Below are positions 29,977-44,169 of a DNA stretch of 64,000 nucleotides, piece by piece; positions within the stretch are counted from its first letter, which is position 1, and each line of letters begins with the position of its first letter. The notes beneath the pieces are model-generated. The model was given only the letters and a program-made list of their open reading frames with translations. It searched no databases and was not told the origin of the DNA. This DNA is from Eledone cirrhosa (lineage: Eukaryota). The stretch is taken from positions 17,298,001 to 17,362,000 of the forward strand of contig OZ024765.1 in assembly GCA_964016885.1 (NCBI GenBank), written 5' to 3'. The position numbers and the translations under genes were made by a program.

Positions 29977-30466
29977 CGAGGGTGCTTCAAAAACTTCATG
30001 GAAAAAGAATAGTTGGAAAAAATCGTTTAAGTTATGATGTTTATATTTCAACATATGTTCGATCTAGGTGAATGCACTTCTGCAGGTGTTGATGCCAGCT
30101 TTTAAGTCCATCTGTGTAAAACTGGGGGTCATGTGATTTAAACCATGTGAAAGCAGCTTTTTTTACATCTTCAACTGGGGATCATCTTCAACCTCATCTC
30201 TTCCACTTCTAGAACGACTATCCGTTTGTAGATTGTTGATTACTTTGTCCCCATAAACTTGCTCCAGAGCGTCAATGATTTGGCTGCTCTCCCACCCTAG
30301 CTTTACCATAAATTTGATGTTTTGATGTAGGCCGCCGTGTTGCTTGAGTGGGTGCTGACATGTTATCACATGTTAGTACAAGAACGTACAGGTGCATTGA
30401 GATCAAAATCCCTGCATATCATGTTTAGCTATGTACTTTTTCCACGGACTTTTTGAAGACCCCTCG
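29977..30466 (-). mobile_element. Internally deleted mariner, Hsmar2-like (irritans subfamily)
   Basis: TIRs cgagggtgcttcaaaaacttcatggaaaaag / ctttttccacggactttttgaagacccctcg with TA on both sides. Transposase N-terminus NIKFMVKLGWESSQIIDALEQVYGD is fused to C-terminus AAFTWFKSHDPQFYTDGLKSWHQHLQKCIHLDRTYVEI*. Confidence 0.9.
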
Positions 30467-30487
30467 TATTTACGATATATATATAGG

Positions 30488-31218
30488 GTGAGAGAATGGA
30501 AGTGAGAAAGGGAACTGGAAAAAGAATCGAACCCTGTACTAGACCTCAGTAAACTAGAGTGAGAGAATGGAAATGAGAAAGGGAACTGGAAAAGGAATCG
30601 AACCCTGTATTAGACCTCAGTAAACTAGAGTGAGAGAATGGAAGTGAGAAAGGGAACTGGAAAAAGAATCGAACCCTGTACTAGACCTCAGTAAACTAGA
30701 GTGAGAGAATGGAAATGAGAAAGGGAACTGGAAAAAGAATCGAACCCTGTACTAGACCTCAGTAAACTAGAGTGAGAGAATGGAAGTGAGAAAGGGAAAT
30801 GGAAAAAGAATCGAACCCTGTATTAGACCTCAGTAAACTAGAGTGAGATAATGGAAGTGAGAAAGGGAAATGGAAAAAGAATCGAACCCTGTACTAGACC
30901 TCAGTAAACTAGAGTGAGATAATGGAAATGAGAAAGGAAACTGGAAAAAGAATCGAACCCTGTACTAGACCTCAGAAAATTAGAGTGGCAGAATAGAAAT
31001 GAGAAAGGGAAATGGAAAAAGAATCGAACCCTGTACTAGACCTCAGCAAACTATAGTAAGAGAATGGAAATGAGAAAGGAAACTGGAAAAAGAATCGAAC
31101 CCTGTACTAGACCTCAGAAAATTAGAGTGGCAGAATAGAAATGAGAAAGGGAAATGGAAAAAGAATCGAACCCTGTACTAGACCTCAGTAAACTAGAGTG
31201 GGAGAATGGAAATGAGAA
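30488..31218. repeat. 71-bp minisatellite, ~10 copies
   Basis: gtgagagaatgg at 30488, 30559, 30630...; purine-rich on +. Confidence 0.92.
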
Positions 31219-31906
31219 CAATATATAGAAGGAAAAATCCCCCCAATATTAGACTGGTATTTTTTTTATCGACCTCGAATGAATGAAAAGCAAAGTTGAC
31301 CTTATGATGTGGTAGCGATATTGACTAATCCTTTTCTTTCTCTTTTTTTTTTCAGAAAGAACAGCGTTACATTTCTAAAAGTAACATCTATATTGTTCAG
31401 AGATTCTCAATGTGGGCGCTACCAAGCTTCAGAGGGTTTAAGAAGGTCTAGGGCTGATGGGGCGGCAGAGATAATACAATAGTATATTCAATAGCAAATG
31501 ATACATATATATATTTTTTTGCAATGCGGTCTACCCTTCGTAGTAGGGTCCGTACCGTAGATAGAAGACAATGTAATCTGGTGGCGAGTAATCCAATGAA
31601 ATCCATAGAAAGGTTTCGTGTTCCGCTGGGTTAATTCCTTAGATACAGAGTCATATATTAGATATTACATTAACAATGAAAATAAAAACAACAAAGTCAA
31701 GTTATTTTACCTATTGATATGATCAACCCTCCGAAACGATCGTAAAACAATGCTTTGAATAGGTTGACTTTGTTTTTATTTTCATAATTAAATTAATATT
31801 ATAATAAATGGTGGCTTTCACTTAATAATTGTTGTGAAACAGATTTAGATCTGTCCGGGTATCAAACGGCGGTCGCCCAATATAGGTTTGTTATTTTTAT
31901 TGATTT

Positions 31907-32423
31907 ACTAGCAGTAAAGCCCGGCGTTGCTCGGGGTCGCTCAGTAGCTGTGTTAAAGTTACAATGTTAAGTTTCTTTTTTGGCTTAAAAACTGTAGTGT
32001 CTACTGTGCAGACTTGCATGTGGTGTTTTTGATTAATATTCCCTCAACCAACAATATGCCTTATGAAGTTAAGAAAACATAACGATAACCCGAATGTTAT
32101 AACAAAAGAGGATGCTGGGGATAAAAACTGCACTGGTTATTTATTAACAAAGACTGAGAAAGCCAGCGTAATTTTTTACGTAAGACGCTCAATGTAAACA
32201 GAACAAAGGGAAATAACTGATAACTTACGCTCAAAAATCGATACATTATATTCGATTTCGTCAGATAGGGTGGGTCAATTTGAAATTTTTTTTTTCCGAT
32301 GTCTTCGCTAGGGCTCAATGTACAAGTCTAGCAATTTCGGTGCAATTCCGTGAGAGATTCTAAGAGGAGATGTGTGCCAAAAATCGATAGACAGACAGAC
32401 AACCACAGTTTTATATATATAGA
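31907..32423 (-). mobile_element. Shorter copy of the 27087-28029 Helitron, inverted
   Basis: The reverse complement matches 27087-27364 joined to 27785-28029. Confidence 0.8.
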
Positions 32424-32548
32424 TTACTTTAAATCGAGACAGGCAAACCATATTGTTTTAAATTAGTATTTTTTCAACCTAGATAACTTGGACATTTGCA
32501 ATTCGAACACATGTATACTTGTATTGGTGTTCATCATTCTCACATATG

Positions 32549-32580
<32 letters not shown>

Positions 32581-32595
32581 AATATATAAATATAT

Positions 32596-32744
<149 letters not shown>

Positions 32745-32747
32745 AAT

Positions 32748-32796
<49 letters not shown>

Positions 32797-32815
32797 AATA
32801 TATATATATATAAAT

Positions 32816-32874
<59 letters not shown>

Positions 32875-32880
32875 TAAATA

Positions 32881-32930
<50 letters not shown>

Positions 32931-33121
32931 AATATATATAAATATAAATAAATGTATATATATATATAAATATATATAAATATAAATATAAATATATATA
33001 TAAATATATATAAATATAAATATATATATAAATATATAAAAATGTAAATATATATATAAATATCTATATATATCTATATATATATATATAAATATATAAA
33101 AATATATATATACATAAATAT

Positions 33122-33170
<49 letters not shown>

Positions 33171-34021
33171 AATATATATGTGTGTGTGTGTGTAGTAAAA
33201 TAAAAAAAATATATATTTATTTATACATAATATATATTATATTATTTACAATTTGCGTGTAGGTTGGGAGGTTTTGATGTTATTACGTGGCCGTGATGTT
33301 ATTACGTGGTTGGTGATCCCCACAAGTTTGGGGACCTCTGACTGTAAGCAGGTGTTGCTCTTAGAGGGGGTTTGGCTCTCCAAGTCATCAACAACAACAG
33401 AATGGATGGCACATGAAAAGTATTTTTGCTTTAGTTTTGATACATCTACTGGAATACCACCTACTACAAAGCCCGCCAGAAAGCCATCTCCGAAGTAACT
33501 ACTTTATTCTACCTCAAGGCTGGATGAGAGTAGAGGAAGAATCTACCCCAGTATTAAACTGGTACTTTTTATCTAACTTCAAAGAAGGATGAAAGGCAAA
33601 GGTTATCTCGTCTGGATTTGAATTAAGCCAACAGAAAGCCAAAACAAATACCACAATTAATTCACTCCGCTGCTCTAAAGGTTCTGTCAAATTGCCCCCT
33701 TTATCAAATACTAGACCACCCCTCACCCGTTGGGTTACGTTCACTTCAAAATATTTTTTAAAAATCATGTTCACTTCAAAGTAATTTTTAAATAGTTATA
33801 ATATACACACATGTATATAATGTGAACTGAAACTGGAAGGCCCATATATATATACGTGTGTGTATGTATATATAAATGTGTGTATGTGTATGTGTGTGTG
33901 TATATATATATATATATGTTGGTGCCTGTGTGAATATATATATATATGTATGTGGGCGCCTGTGTGAATATATACACTCGTCAGAGACGGACATATATAC
34001 ACATACACACACAAACACACA

Positions 34022-34065
<44 letters not shown>

Positions 34066-34250
34066 ACGAAGGAAATGCGATAATGAACCAGGTGGACCAT
34101 AACGCACCAAAGTACTCAATACTTAGGGTAGTAGAGTGGGTAATAGGAACGAGTAGGACCCCGACGGCTGAGCTCAAGCCGATTTAGGCGTCGAAACGGC
34201 TTGAGCTCAGCCGTCGGGGTCCTACTCGTTCCTATATATATATATATATA

Positions 34251-34469
34251 GTGAAGGCGTGTGGCGGAGTGGTTAGAGAATTGGATTCGCAATCGTAAGG
34301 TTGTGAGTTCGATTCCTGGACCAGGCGATGCGTTATGTCCTTGAGCAAGACACTTTATTTCACGCTGCTTCTTCTACCTGGAGTTGCGACCGATAGATAG
34401 TATTAGCAATTGGAAAGACCATCGGAAACATTGTTCTCTCGGTCCGATTTGACGAAAGTCGATCGTTCC

Positions 34470-34470
<1 letters not shown>
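34251..34470 (+). mobile_element. tRNA-derived CORE-type SINE; other copies at 20985-21150(+), 5918-6097(-), 46748-46880(+)
   Basis: tggcggagtggttag (A box), gagttcgattcc (B box), then gtccttgagcaagacactttatttcac (CORE-like). Confidence 0.8.
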
Positions 34471-34503
<33 letters not shown>

Positions 34504-34980
34504 CACATCCACTCACATATATATTCACACAACACCACCTCCAGCTATCTCTCTCTCTTCCATTCTACTTCTCTGTCTAGTCTCCCTCTTTCTATGTTTC
34601 TCTTTCAATATCTCACAACCATAATCTCTTTATACTATCTCCGGGTATTAACATTAGAACAGCAGACAGCGTACAATGTTGTCATGTTATATGAAACTTT
34701 ATACATAAATTCATAAACCATTATACGCCGGTGTACCAAATAAGGGAATTATAATCCTTTTTCCGATCGTTGACACTAACATTCAAATGGATATTTTTTC
34801 AGTGTCTTAACTATGAATATATTATTATTTTATATTTTATATTTCGTCTCAGAATATATCATCATTTTTATCAAATAATTCAATATCGGATATTGTTAGC
34901 AAGCGATTGGCAATATATGCACGCATGCATGTATATATACACACATACAGACTCACACAAGACTATATATATATATACAG

Positions 34981-35433
34981 ATGGTGGATGGCTGCTACAC
35001 GAGAATGTTGCGGATGTCTCTGAACATTAATCAGTATACACTGAGGATGAAAAACTCAGAGCTGTATGGGAGCCTCCCAAAAGTCAGCTCAAAAGTGACA
35101 CAGAGGAGACAGAGGTTAGCTGGCCATGCTCACCGACATCCAGAGTTGACATTGCACTCAGTGCTCCTGTGGGAGCCCCTACATGGACACACTGGAAGAG
35201 GGAGACTGAGGTTAGCTGGACATGCTCAGCGACATCCAGAGTTGACATTGCACTCAGTGCTCCTGTGGGAGCCCCTACATGGACACACTAGAAGAGGAAG
35301 ACCAAGGTTAACGTATGTTGATGCCCTAAGGACAGACACTGGTCTGTTGGAGATGCAGGATATGGCAGCGATAATGAGGGACAGAGACCGCTGGAGAGAA
35401 CTCGTCCATGGATCTCGGGAATTTTACCCGCCC
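34981..35433 (+). mobile_element. RTE-like LINE 3' fragment with a 96-bp duplication (2 units)
   Basis: [51 protein letters not shown]. Confidence 0.85.
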
Positions 35434-35434
35434 T

Positions 35435-35473
<39 letters not shown>

Positions 35474-35952
35474 CACATATATATATATATATATATATAT
35501 GTATACACAGACACATATATACATACATACTGATATATATATATATATATGTATACACAGACACATATATACATACATACTGATATATATATATATGTAT
35601 ACACAAAGACATACATACATACATATACACATATATATATATATGTATACATATAGACATATATACATACATATATTTGTGCATGCGCACAAACGTCTGT
35701 GTGTATTTGCATCTCACACCATCTCTCACTCTCTCTCACTTTCTCTCATGCACGCACACAAAAATATGGCTACTTGTAAAGTCTGATCTTAACATCTATC
35801 TATATATATATCTATATCTATCTATCTATATATATATCTATATCTATCTATCTATATATATATCTATATCTATCTATCTATATATATATCTATATCTATC
35901 TATCTATCTATCTATCTATATCTATCTATCTATATATATATATATATATACA

Positions 35953-36560
35953 TGGTGGCTGTCAACTCGTTTTCGAGTACGGCCACTACTTTACATCCAT
36001 GTAGGAGAACCCCTACCGATGCACTGAACGAGTGTGACTTTTTAGTCCAGCCAGCGACTGAAAACTCTGGTACAAACACTACACCTGTGACAATTACTGA
36101 CACATAGTGCTGGGCCCATGGTTCCATGTGACGACAAGTGCAGAGAGATCTCCAGATATAAAGCAATGCCTGTGCCGTGAAGCTTTTATAGTGAGCAAAG
36201 GCACTGCACAAAGCCAGTCCCACTCTCTTAACCAAGATGATATTTACCAAAAAGAAGAACAAGTCAACATCATTGGATACTATCGGGGTTGCAGGTGTTA
36301 TATCAGAGTTTTCCTTCTCCTAGAATTCTGCCTTGACAAAGGCTAAAGGGTCATCTCTCCCGGTGATTTTGGATGGCCATTGGCTCTTAAGAGCTCCTTT
36401 TGCCCTATGACAGGTTTTGTTTTTAGTCCTGCAGGATGTCCAAAGTCACCCTCCTCACCAAGAAACCTTGGTGGGGTTGCCAGTTTAGTCGCCAACGACC
36501 CGACCATGAGACAGGTTGTACTGGGATACATTTTACCAGTAGCACCAACTGGTGACCTGA
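35953..36560 (-). mobile_element. ~610-bp dispersed element in (TA)n; copies at 41479-42087 and truncated at 20640-20948
   Basis: Near-identical copies from tggtggctg.caactcgttttcgag to caactggtgacctgac. No ORF. Contains ggagaaggaaaactctg and actggcaacccc motifs reminiscent of RTE 5' UTRs. Confidence 0.8.
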
Positions 36561-36676
36561 CATATATACATACATACATATATACATACATACATATATA
36601 CATACATATATACATACATATATATATATACATACATGCATACATATATATATATATACATACATACATACATACA

Positions 36677-36712
<36 letters not shown>

Positions 36713-36766
36713 TACATACATACATACATATATACATACATATATATATATACATACATATATACA

Positions 36767-36800
<34 letters not shown>

Positions 36801-36912
36801 CATACATACATACATATATACATACATACATACATATATATATATACATACATACATATATACATACATACATACATACATATATATATACATACATACA
36901 TACATATATATA

Positions 36913-36946
<34 letters not shown>

Positions 36947-37122
36947 CATACATACATATATATATATATACATACATACATATATATATATATACATACA
37001 TACATATATATATATATACATACATACATTATATATACATACATTATATATATATACATACATACATATATATATATACATACATACACATATATATATA
37101 TACATACGTATATATATATATA

Positions 37123-37158
<36 letters not shown>

Positions 37159-37191
37159 CATATATATAGATACATATATATATATACATAC

Positions 37192-37240
<49 letters not shown>

Positions 37241-37350
37241 CATACATATATATATATATACATACACATACATACATATATATATATACATACATATATA
37301 TATATACATACATATATATATATACATACATATATATATATACATACATA

Positions 37351-37384
<34 letters not shown>

Positions 37385-37639
37385 CATATATATATACATA
37401 CATATATATACATATATATATATACATACATATATATATATACATACATACATATATATACATATATATATATACATACATATATATATATACATACATA
37501 TATATACATATATATATATACATACATATATATATATACATACATACATATATATACATATATATATATACATACATATATATATATACATACATATATA
37601 TATATGCATACATATATATATATGCATACATATATATAC

Positions 37640-37672
<33 letters not shown>

Positions 37673-37815
37673 CATATACATACATATATATATACATACA
37701 TATATATATATACATACATATATACACATATATATATATATACATACATATATATATAAATATATATACATATATATATAAATATATATACATATATATA
37801 TAAATATATATATAC

Positions 37816-37848
<33 letters not shown>

Positions 37849-37875
37849 CATACATATATATATAAATATATATAC

Positions 37876-37908
<33 letters not shown>

Positions 37909-38031
37909 CATACATATATATATATACATATATATATATACATATATATATATATACATATATATATATACATATATATATATATACATATATATATATA
38001 CATATATATATATATACATATATATATATAC

Positions 38032-38064
<33 letters not shown>

Positions 38065-38196
38065 CATACATATATATATATACATATATATATATACATA
38101 TATATATATATACATATATATACATATATATATAAATATACATATATATACATATATATATAAATATACATACATATACATACATATATATATACA

Positions 38197-38228
<32 letters not shown>

Positions 38229-40046
38229 CATATATATACATACATGCATATATATACATACATGCATATATATACATACATGCATATATATACATATATA
38301 TATATATATATACATATAAAATAATTTATATATACTTATATATAAATACATATATATATACATATATACTGTATATAATATATATATACTTATATATACA
38401 TATATATATACTTATATATACATATATATATAATATAATATAATATATATATATATAGAAGGTGAGTAATATTGTAGAACAATAAAACTATGCATATGTC
38501 AGATAAGTAGCACTCAACAGTTGGTAGGACTGGAGTATATATATTAAAGATGAAATAAAGATGGTTATAAGAGTTCCATATATTTTATTATACGTATTTC
38601 GAATACAAAATCATGCTGGAACAGATGTTGTGTTCTCTTCAGATAAAAATATGGTACAATGATATGAGACATAATAGCACTGGTTTATAGGAACGTACTA
38701 AGTCTACATATGACAGAAATATAAGTGTTAATACTATAGTAAGAATTAGATAGGAAAAGAGAAGAAAAGGAAAGAAGAAGAGATACAAGGAAAAAGAAAT
38801 CGAAGAAAGAAAAAAATAAGGACGAAGAGAGAGAGAGAGAGAGTGAGAGAGAGAGAGAGTTTTGATCAGGGACGCTGTCAAAATGAAAACAGCTGTAAAT
38901 AACGGTTAAAAAATAAATTGATGAGGTGTATGTGCGAATATTATAGAAGGTATTCAAATATTAGAGGGCTAAATATAGAAACTGGGTATATTATTTTATA
39001 TTGGGTTTAAATACTAAAAATTGGATTAAGAAGTGTAAAAATGTATTACTAAAATAAATATAAAAGATTTTTATAAAATAAAATATAAATAGTGTGTCAA
39101 AATTAATAATTTCTAGTAAAAATATTTGTGGGGTATACTATTTAAGTTTTATTTTATATCATTAAGTAAATAAAGGAAATTGCTAGAAGGATTTATAAAC
39201 GTAGAGAAAATCTATTATAATGTGACGTCATCTTTTGTTTCCAAAATCTACGAAGATTTGAACGAAAATCTAAGGATATACAAAAGATCAAAGGCTTAAT
39301 ATATAATGAGAAAACCAAAATAATACATTGTAGAATATAATGAAAGATGTGCGCATTTGGCAGTATCGGTAGAGGGTTGGACATGCTTTCCAGCATAGTT
39401 ACGTCCCTTTACGGTCTGAGTTCAAATCCCACCGAGGTTAACTTTGCCTTTCATCCTTACGGAGTCGATAAAATAAAGTACCAGTAATACACTGTGCCAA
39501 AAGTAGAAACAATTATTATAATAGTTGGCATTAGCTTCGAAGATATTCTTATTAGAGGATAAATTAGAAATTCTTTTTTCTACGCTTTTGACTATGGCAG
39601 TTTTAACGTTATTAGGGTGGTTAGATTTAAGTTCTCATTATCCTTATGACACGGGTAATATAGGCCGGTTCGACCCCAGTGCATTACTGATACTTTATTT
39701 TAATTTTATCGTCCTTGTAAGAACGAAAGGCAAAGTTAACCTCTCCGGGAACTCAGAACGTAAAGGGCCCTGACTATGCCGCAAAGCATGATGCTACATT
39801 CTTCCCGTAGTACCAATCCATAATTATAACAACAACAATAAAAATTGTTTCTACTTTTGGCACAAGGCCAGAAAATTACACCAGTGCATTACTGGTACTT
39901 TATTCTATCGACGCCGTAAGGATGAAAGGCAAAGTTAACGCCGACGGGATTTGAACTCAGACCGTAAAGGGACGTAACTATGCTGGAATGGCTTCCAACC
40001 CTCTACCGATACTGCCAATTAGTAATTATTATAATTACGGTTATAA

Positions 40047-40522
40047 GGGCGGTGGATTGGCAGTATCGGTAGAGAGTCAGACACCATGCTTTGAAGCATA
40101 GAGTTATGTCCCTTTATGATCTGAGTTCAAATCCCGATAAAATAAAGTACCAGTAATGTACTGAGTAATTGCTGGCCTTGTGCCTAAAATAGAAACAATT
40201 ATAATTACGGTTACAATTATGCTTTCCAGCATGGTTACGTGCCTTTATGGTCTGAGTTCAAATCCCGTTGAGGTTGACCAAAACCTTTCATCCTTACCGG
40301 GTCGATAAAATAAAGTACCAGTAATACACTGGGATAATTGCTGGCCTTGTGCCCTAAGTAGAAACAATTTTTAAGGGGTCGATAAAATAAAGTACCAGTA
40401 ATACACTGGTTTAATTGCTGGCCTTGTGCCAAAAGTAGAAACAATTTTTACGGGGTCGATAAAATAAAGTACCAGTAATACACTGGGGTAGTTGCTGGCC
40501 TTGTGCCAACAGTAGAAACAAT
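40047..40522 (+). mobile_element. Abundant tRNA-derived SINE cluster; other copies at ~8037-8170(-), 9200-9396(+), 17268-17435(-), 26700-26890(-), 33520-33700(-), 39356-39512(+), 39670-40020(-), 42340-42740(-), 44313-44501(-), 53195-53500(+), 53698-53885(-), 53960-54082(+), 57240-57405(-), 57600-57950(-), 59070-59240(+)
   Basis: A box tggcagtatcgg, B box gagttcaaatcc, conserved centre actttgcctttcatccttacggggtcgataaaataaagtaccagt, tail ggccttgtgccaaaagtagaaacaatt. Confidence 0.88.
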
Positions 40523-41030
40523 TATAATTATGATTATAAAAATAAAATATACGATAAAAATTAAGTTGCTAATCAGACATTAAAAAATAAAGTACGACTG
40601 CCTGGCCTTGAAAAGATAAATGGAGACAAATTGTTGAACATACATCTTAGTGCCGCATGCTTGAAAGAAACAAAAAATGGATTTATTTATGTTATCAATA
40701 CATCCTTGATAAAAGAGTCTAGAAGTCTGTGTTTATGTATTTATATACATAGCGTGTTTGTGTGTTATTAAATGAAGGAGAACCATTAGTAGATATCACT
40801 CACATCAACACACACACACACACAGACATCAACACACACACACACACACCAACACACAGACATCAACACATACACACACACATCAACACAGAGACATCAA
40901 CACACACACCAACACATACACACACACACACACACACATCAACACACAGACATCAACACACACACCAACACATACACACACATCAACACACACACCAACA
41001 CATACACACACATCAACACACACATACATC

Positions 41031-41075
<45 letters not shown>

Positions 41076-41420
41076 CAACACACACACCAACACACACACA
41101 CACACACACATCAACACACCAACACACACACACACACACATCAACACACACACACAAACACACACATCAACACACACACACATCAACACACACACATCAA
41201 CACACACACACCAACACACACACACACACACAAACACACACAGACATCAACACACACACACACATCAACACACACACACACACACACAAACACACACAGT
41301 GTTCTCAGTGTTGTCTCTGTCTTTCACCCTAGTTATTCTGAAATGAAAACGAAGAGTGAAAGGCAAAAGCTAAACCGCTTTCTCAGTCTGCCTGGCGCTC
41401 TATCAGTCTCTCTCTCTTAC

Positions 41421-41481
<61 letters not shown>

Positions 41482-42084
41482 TGGCTGCCAACTCGTTTTC
41501 GAGTAGGGCCACTACTTTATATCCATGTAGGAGAACCCCTACTGATGCGCTGAACCAGTGTGACTTTTTAGTCCAGCCAGCGACTTGAAATCTCTGGTAC
41601 AAACACTACACTTGTGACAATTATTGACACATAGTGCTGGGCCCATGGTACCATGTGACGACAAGTGCAGAGAGATCTCCAGATATAAAGCAATGCCTGT
41701 GCTGTGAAGCTTTTATAGTGAGCAAAGGCACTGCACACAGCCAGTCCCACTCTCTTAACCAAGATGATATTTACCAAAAAGAAGAACAAGTCAACATCAT
41801 TGGATACCATCAGGGTTGCAGGTGTTATATCAGAGTTTTCCTTCTCCTAGAATTCTGCCTTGACAAAGGCCAAGGGGTCATCTCTCCCGGTGATTTTGGA
41901 TGGCCATTGAGTCTTAAGAGCTCCTTTGCCCTTTGACAGGTTTTGTTTTTAGTCCTGCAGGATGTCCAAAGTCACCCTCCTCACCAAGAAACCTTGGTGG
42001 GGTTGCCAGTTTAGTCGCCAACGACCCGACCATGGGACAGGTTGTACTGGGATACATGTTACCAGTAGCACCAACTGGTGACCT

Positions 42085-42124
<40 letters not shown>

Positions 42125-42264
42125 CATATATACAAATATATACATATATACACACACATACAAATATATATATACATAGACACACACATACAAATATATA
42201 TACGTATATAAGCATACATACATACATAGAGAGGGACAGAGATACATATATATATATATATAAA

Positions 42265-42333
<69 letters not shown>

Positions 42334-42842
42334 AAATATATAATTGTTTCCATTTTTGGCACTAGGCCGGCAATTAAACAGTGTATTACTGGTACTTTAT
42401 TTTATCGACCCCGTAAGAGTGAAAGACAAAGTGACCTCGGCGGGATTTGAACTCAGACCATAAAGGGCCGTAACTCTTTGTTGCAAAGCATGGTGTCAGA
42501 CCCTCTACCGACACATATATAAACATATCCACCGCCCTACATATATAAATATATAATTGTTTCCACTTTTGGCACAAGGCCAGTAATTAAACAGTACATT
42601 ACTGGTACTTTATTTTATCGATCCCGTAAGGATGAAAGGCAAAGTTAACCAAGGCGGGATTTGAACTCAGAATGGCAAGGGCCGTAACTATGCGACAAAG
42701 CATGGCATCCAACCCTCTAACGATACTGCCAATCCACCATATATATAATATTTATACATGAATTTACAAACGGTTGTTTAAATTTAAATATGAACCACTT
42801 TAAAATTAACAAAAGCAGAAGTGGTTCCGGGTATTAAATGGA

Positions 42843-42905
<63 letters not shown>

Positions 42906-42999
42906 CTCTGGTTCTTCTGAATCATTGAGCACTTGCCGCACATCTCGGAGGTTGCTTTTCGTTATTTCGTGGGCCGAAATGCGAATCTCGATAATTTAT

Positions 43000-43042
<43 letters not shown>

Positions 43043-43502
43043 TAGTCCTTCATCAGTGATCTGCCAACCTTCATTGGTATTTCATCGCCATAAAGACCAT
43101 ATACCTCCGGTTGGTGCGAGCAACGGCTAAAGAAAGTCGTTGGGACACGTAAATAAGGGGAACGAGCGAGACTGTAAACAATCAAAGATGGTAATGCAAC
43201 GAAAAGTGAGGAAGAAAGTGTCAAGTCCCAGATTTCCATGAATATAAGTTCGGTGAAATCGCGAACGAGAGAGAAGAAAGAACATCAAACCTCTTCGAAA
43301 TGTGAGCAAGGAAGGAATTCCGCACAGTTCAAACACGGGAGGAAGAAGGAGTCTAGTCCCTGAATTCGGTGAATATAAGTTCTGTGAAATCGTAGACAAG
43401 AGAGAAAAAAGGAACAAACCTGGTCAAGTGCTTTGCTAACTCATTCATATTGTAGGTCGACTTTGCTTGCTCACAGCCAAAGATTCGATTTTACTAAGCT
43501 TG

Positions 43503-43534
<32 letters not shown>

Positions 43535-43538
<4 letters not shown>

Positions 43539-43736
43539 TATTTTATAGAAGGAGCTTCTACAGGACTAGTACTGTTTCATTCAGATGAAATCTTCAGGAA
43601 GCTTTCATCTGAAGATTTCATCTGAATGAAACAGTACTAGTCCTGTAGAAGCTCCTTCTATAAAATAAAAAAATGTTACTCTGCCATGTATTGAGTACCT
43701 TACTTACTGTGGTTATCCCCGACTCAACCCGGGACC

Positions 43737-43738
<2 letters not shown>
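43535..43738. mobile_element. Fold-back HHR element, family C
   Basis: Minus strand 43554-43602 reads gcttc CTGAAGA tttc atct gaat GAAA cag tactagtc ctg TA gaagc, a complete type I HHR with GUA triplet. Mirror core on + at 43609-43652. Flanked by (TA)n. Confidence 0.85.
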
Positions 43739-43774
<36 letters not shown>

Positions 43775-43779
43775 ATGCT

Positions 43780-43965
43780 ATTAAATAAATGAAAACTATA
43801 TTTATAAAAAAATATTTATTCTATTATATATATTTCAAGGGTACCAAAACTTTGGTACGCACTCATCAGACAAAATACAAAGTTTGTTTTATAAATATTG
43901 ACATATCCAGGAAGATCTTAACGGTTCAAGTTTTTCCTGGACCGTCAAGATATTCTTCCTGGATA
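43780..43965 (-). mobile_element. Family A HHR element (single HHR, short fold-back)
   Basis: Reverse complement of 43817-43877 reads tattttgt CTGATGA gtgcgtacca..tggtaccct tGAAA tatata atagaata. Homologous to 51058-51388. Confidence 0.7.
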
Positions 43966-43992
43966 TGAAATATACATTATATCCCTTTTGCT

Positions 43993-44042
<50 letters not shown>

Positions 44043-44169
44043 TGTGTGTGTGTGTGTGTGTGTTCCCGACTTCTCACAAATGTAACTGCTCTAATTTTGT
44101 AGAAGACCTTTCAGTAATAATAATTGTTTCTACTTTTGGCACAAGGACAGCAATTATGTAAATTAGCGC

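Noticed and set aside
31331-31485. Polypyrimidine tract plus CAG (acceptor-like) followed by short open frames
   Set aside because: No recognisable protein and no convincing donor or partner exon; cannot be supported without RNA data.
34251-34325. tRNA gene
   Set aside because: The A/B boxes continue into a CORE-like SINE body present in several copies, and the acceptor stem is poor.
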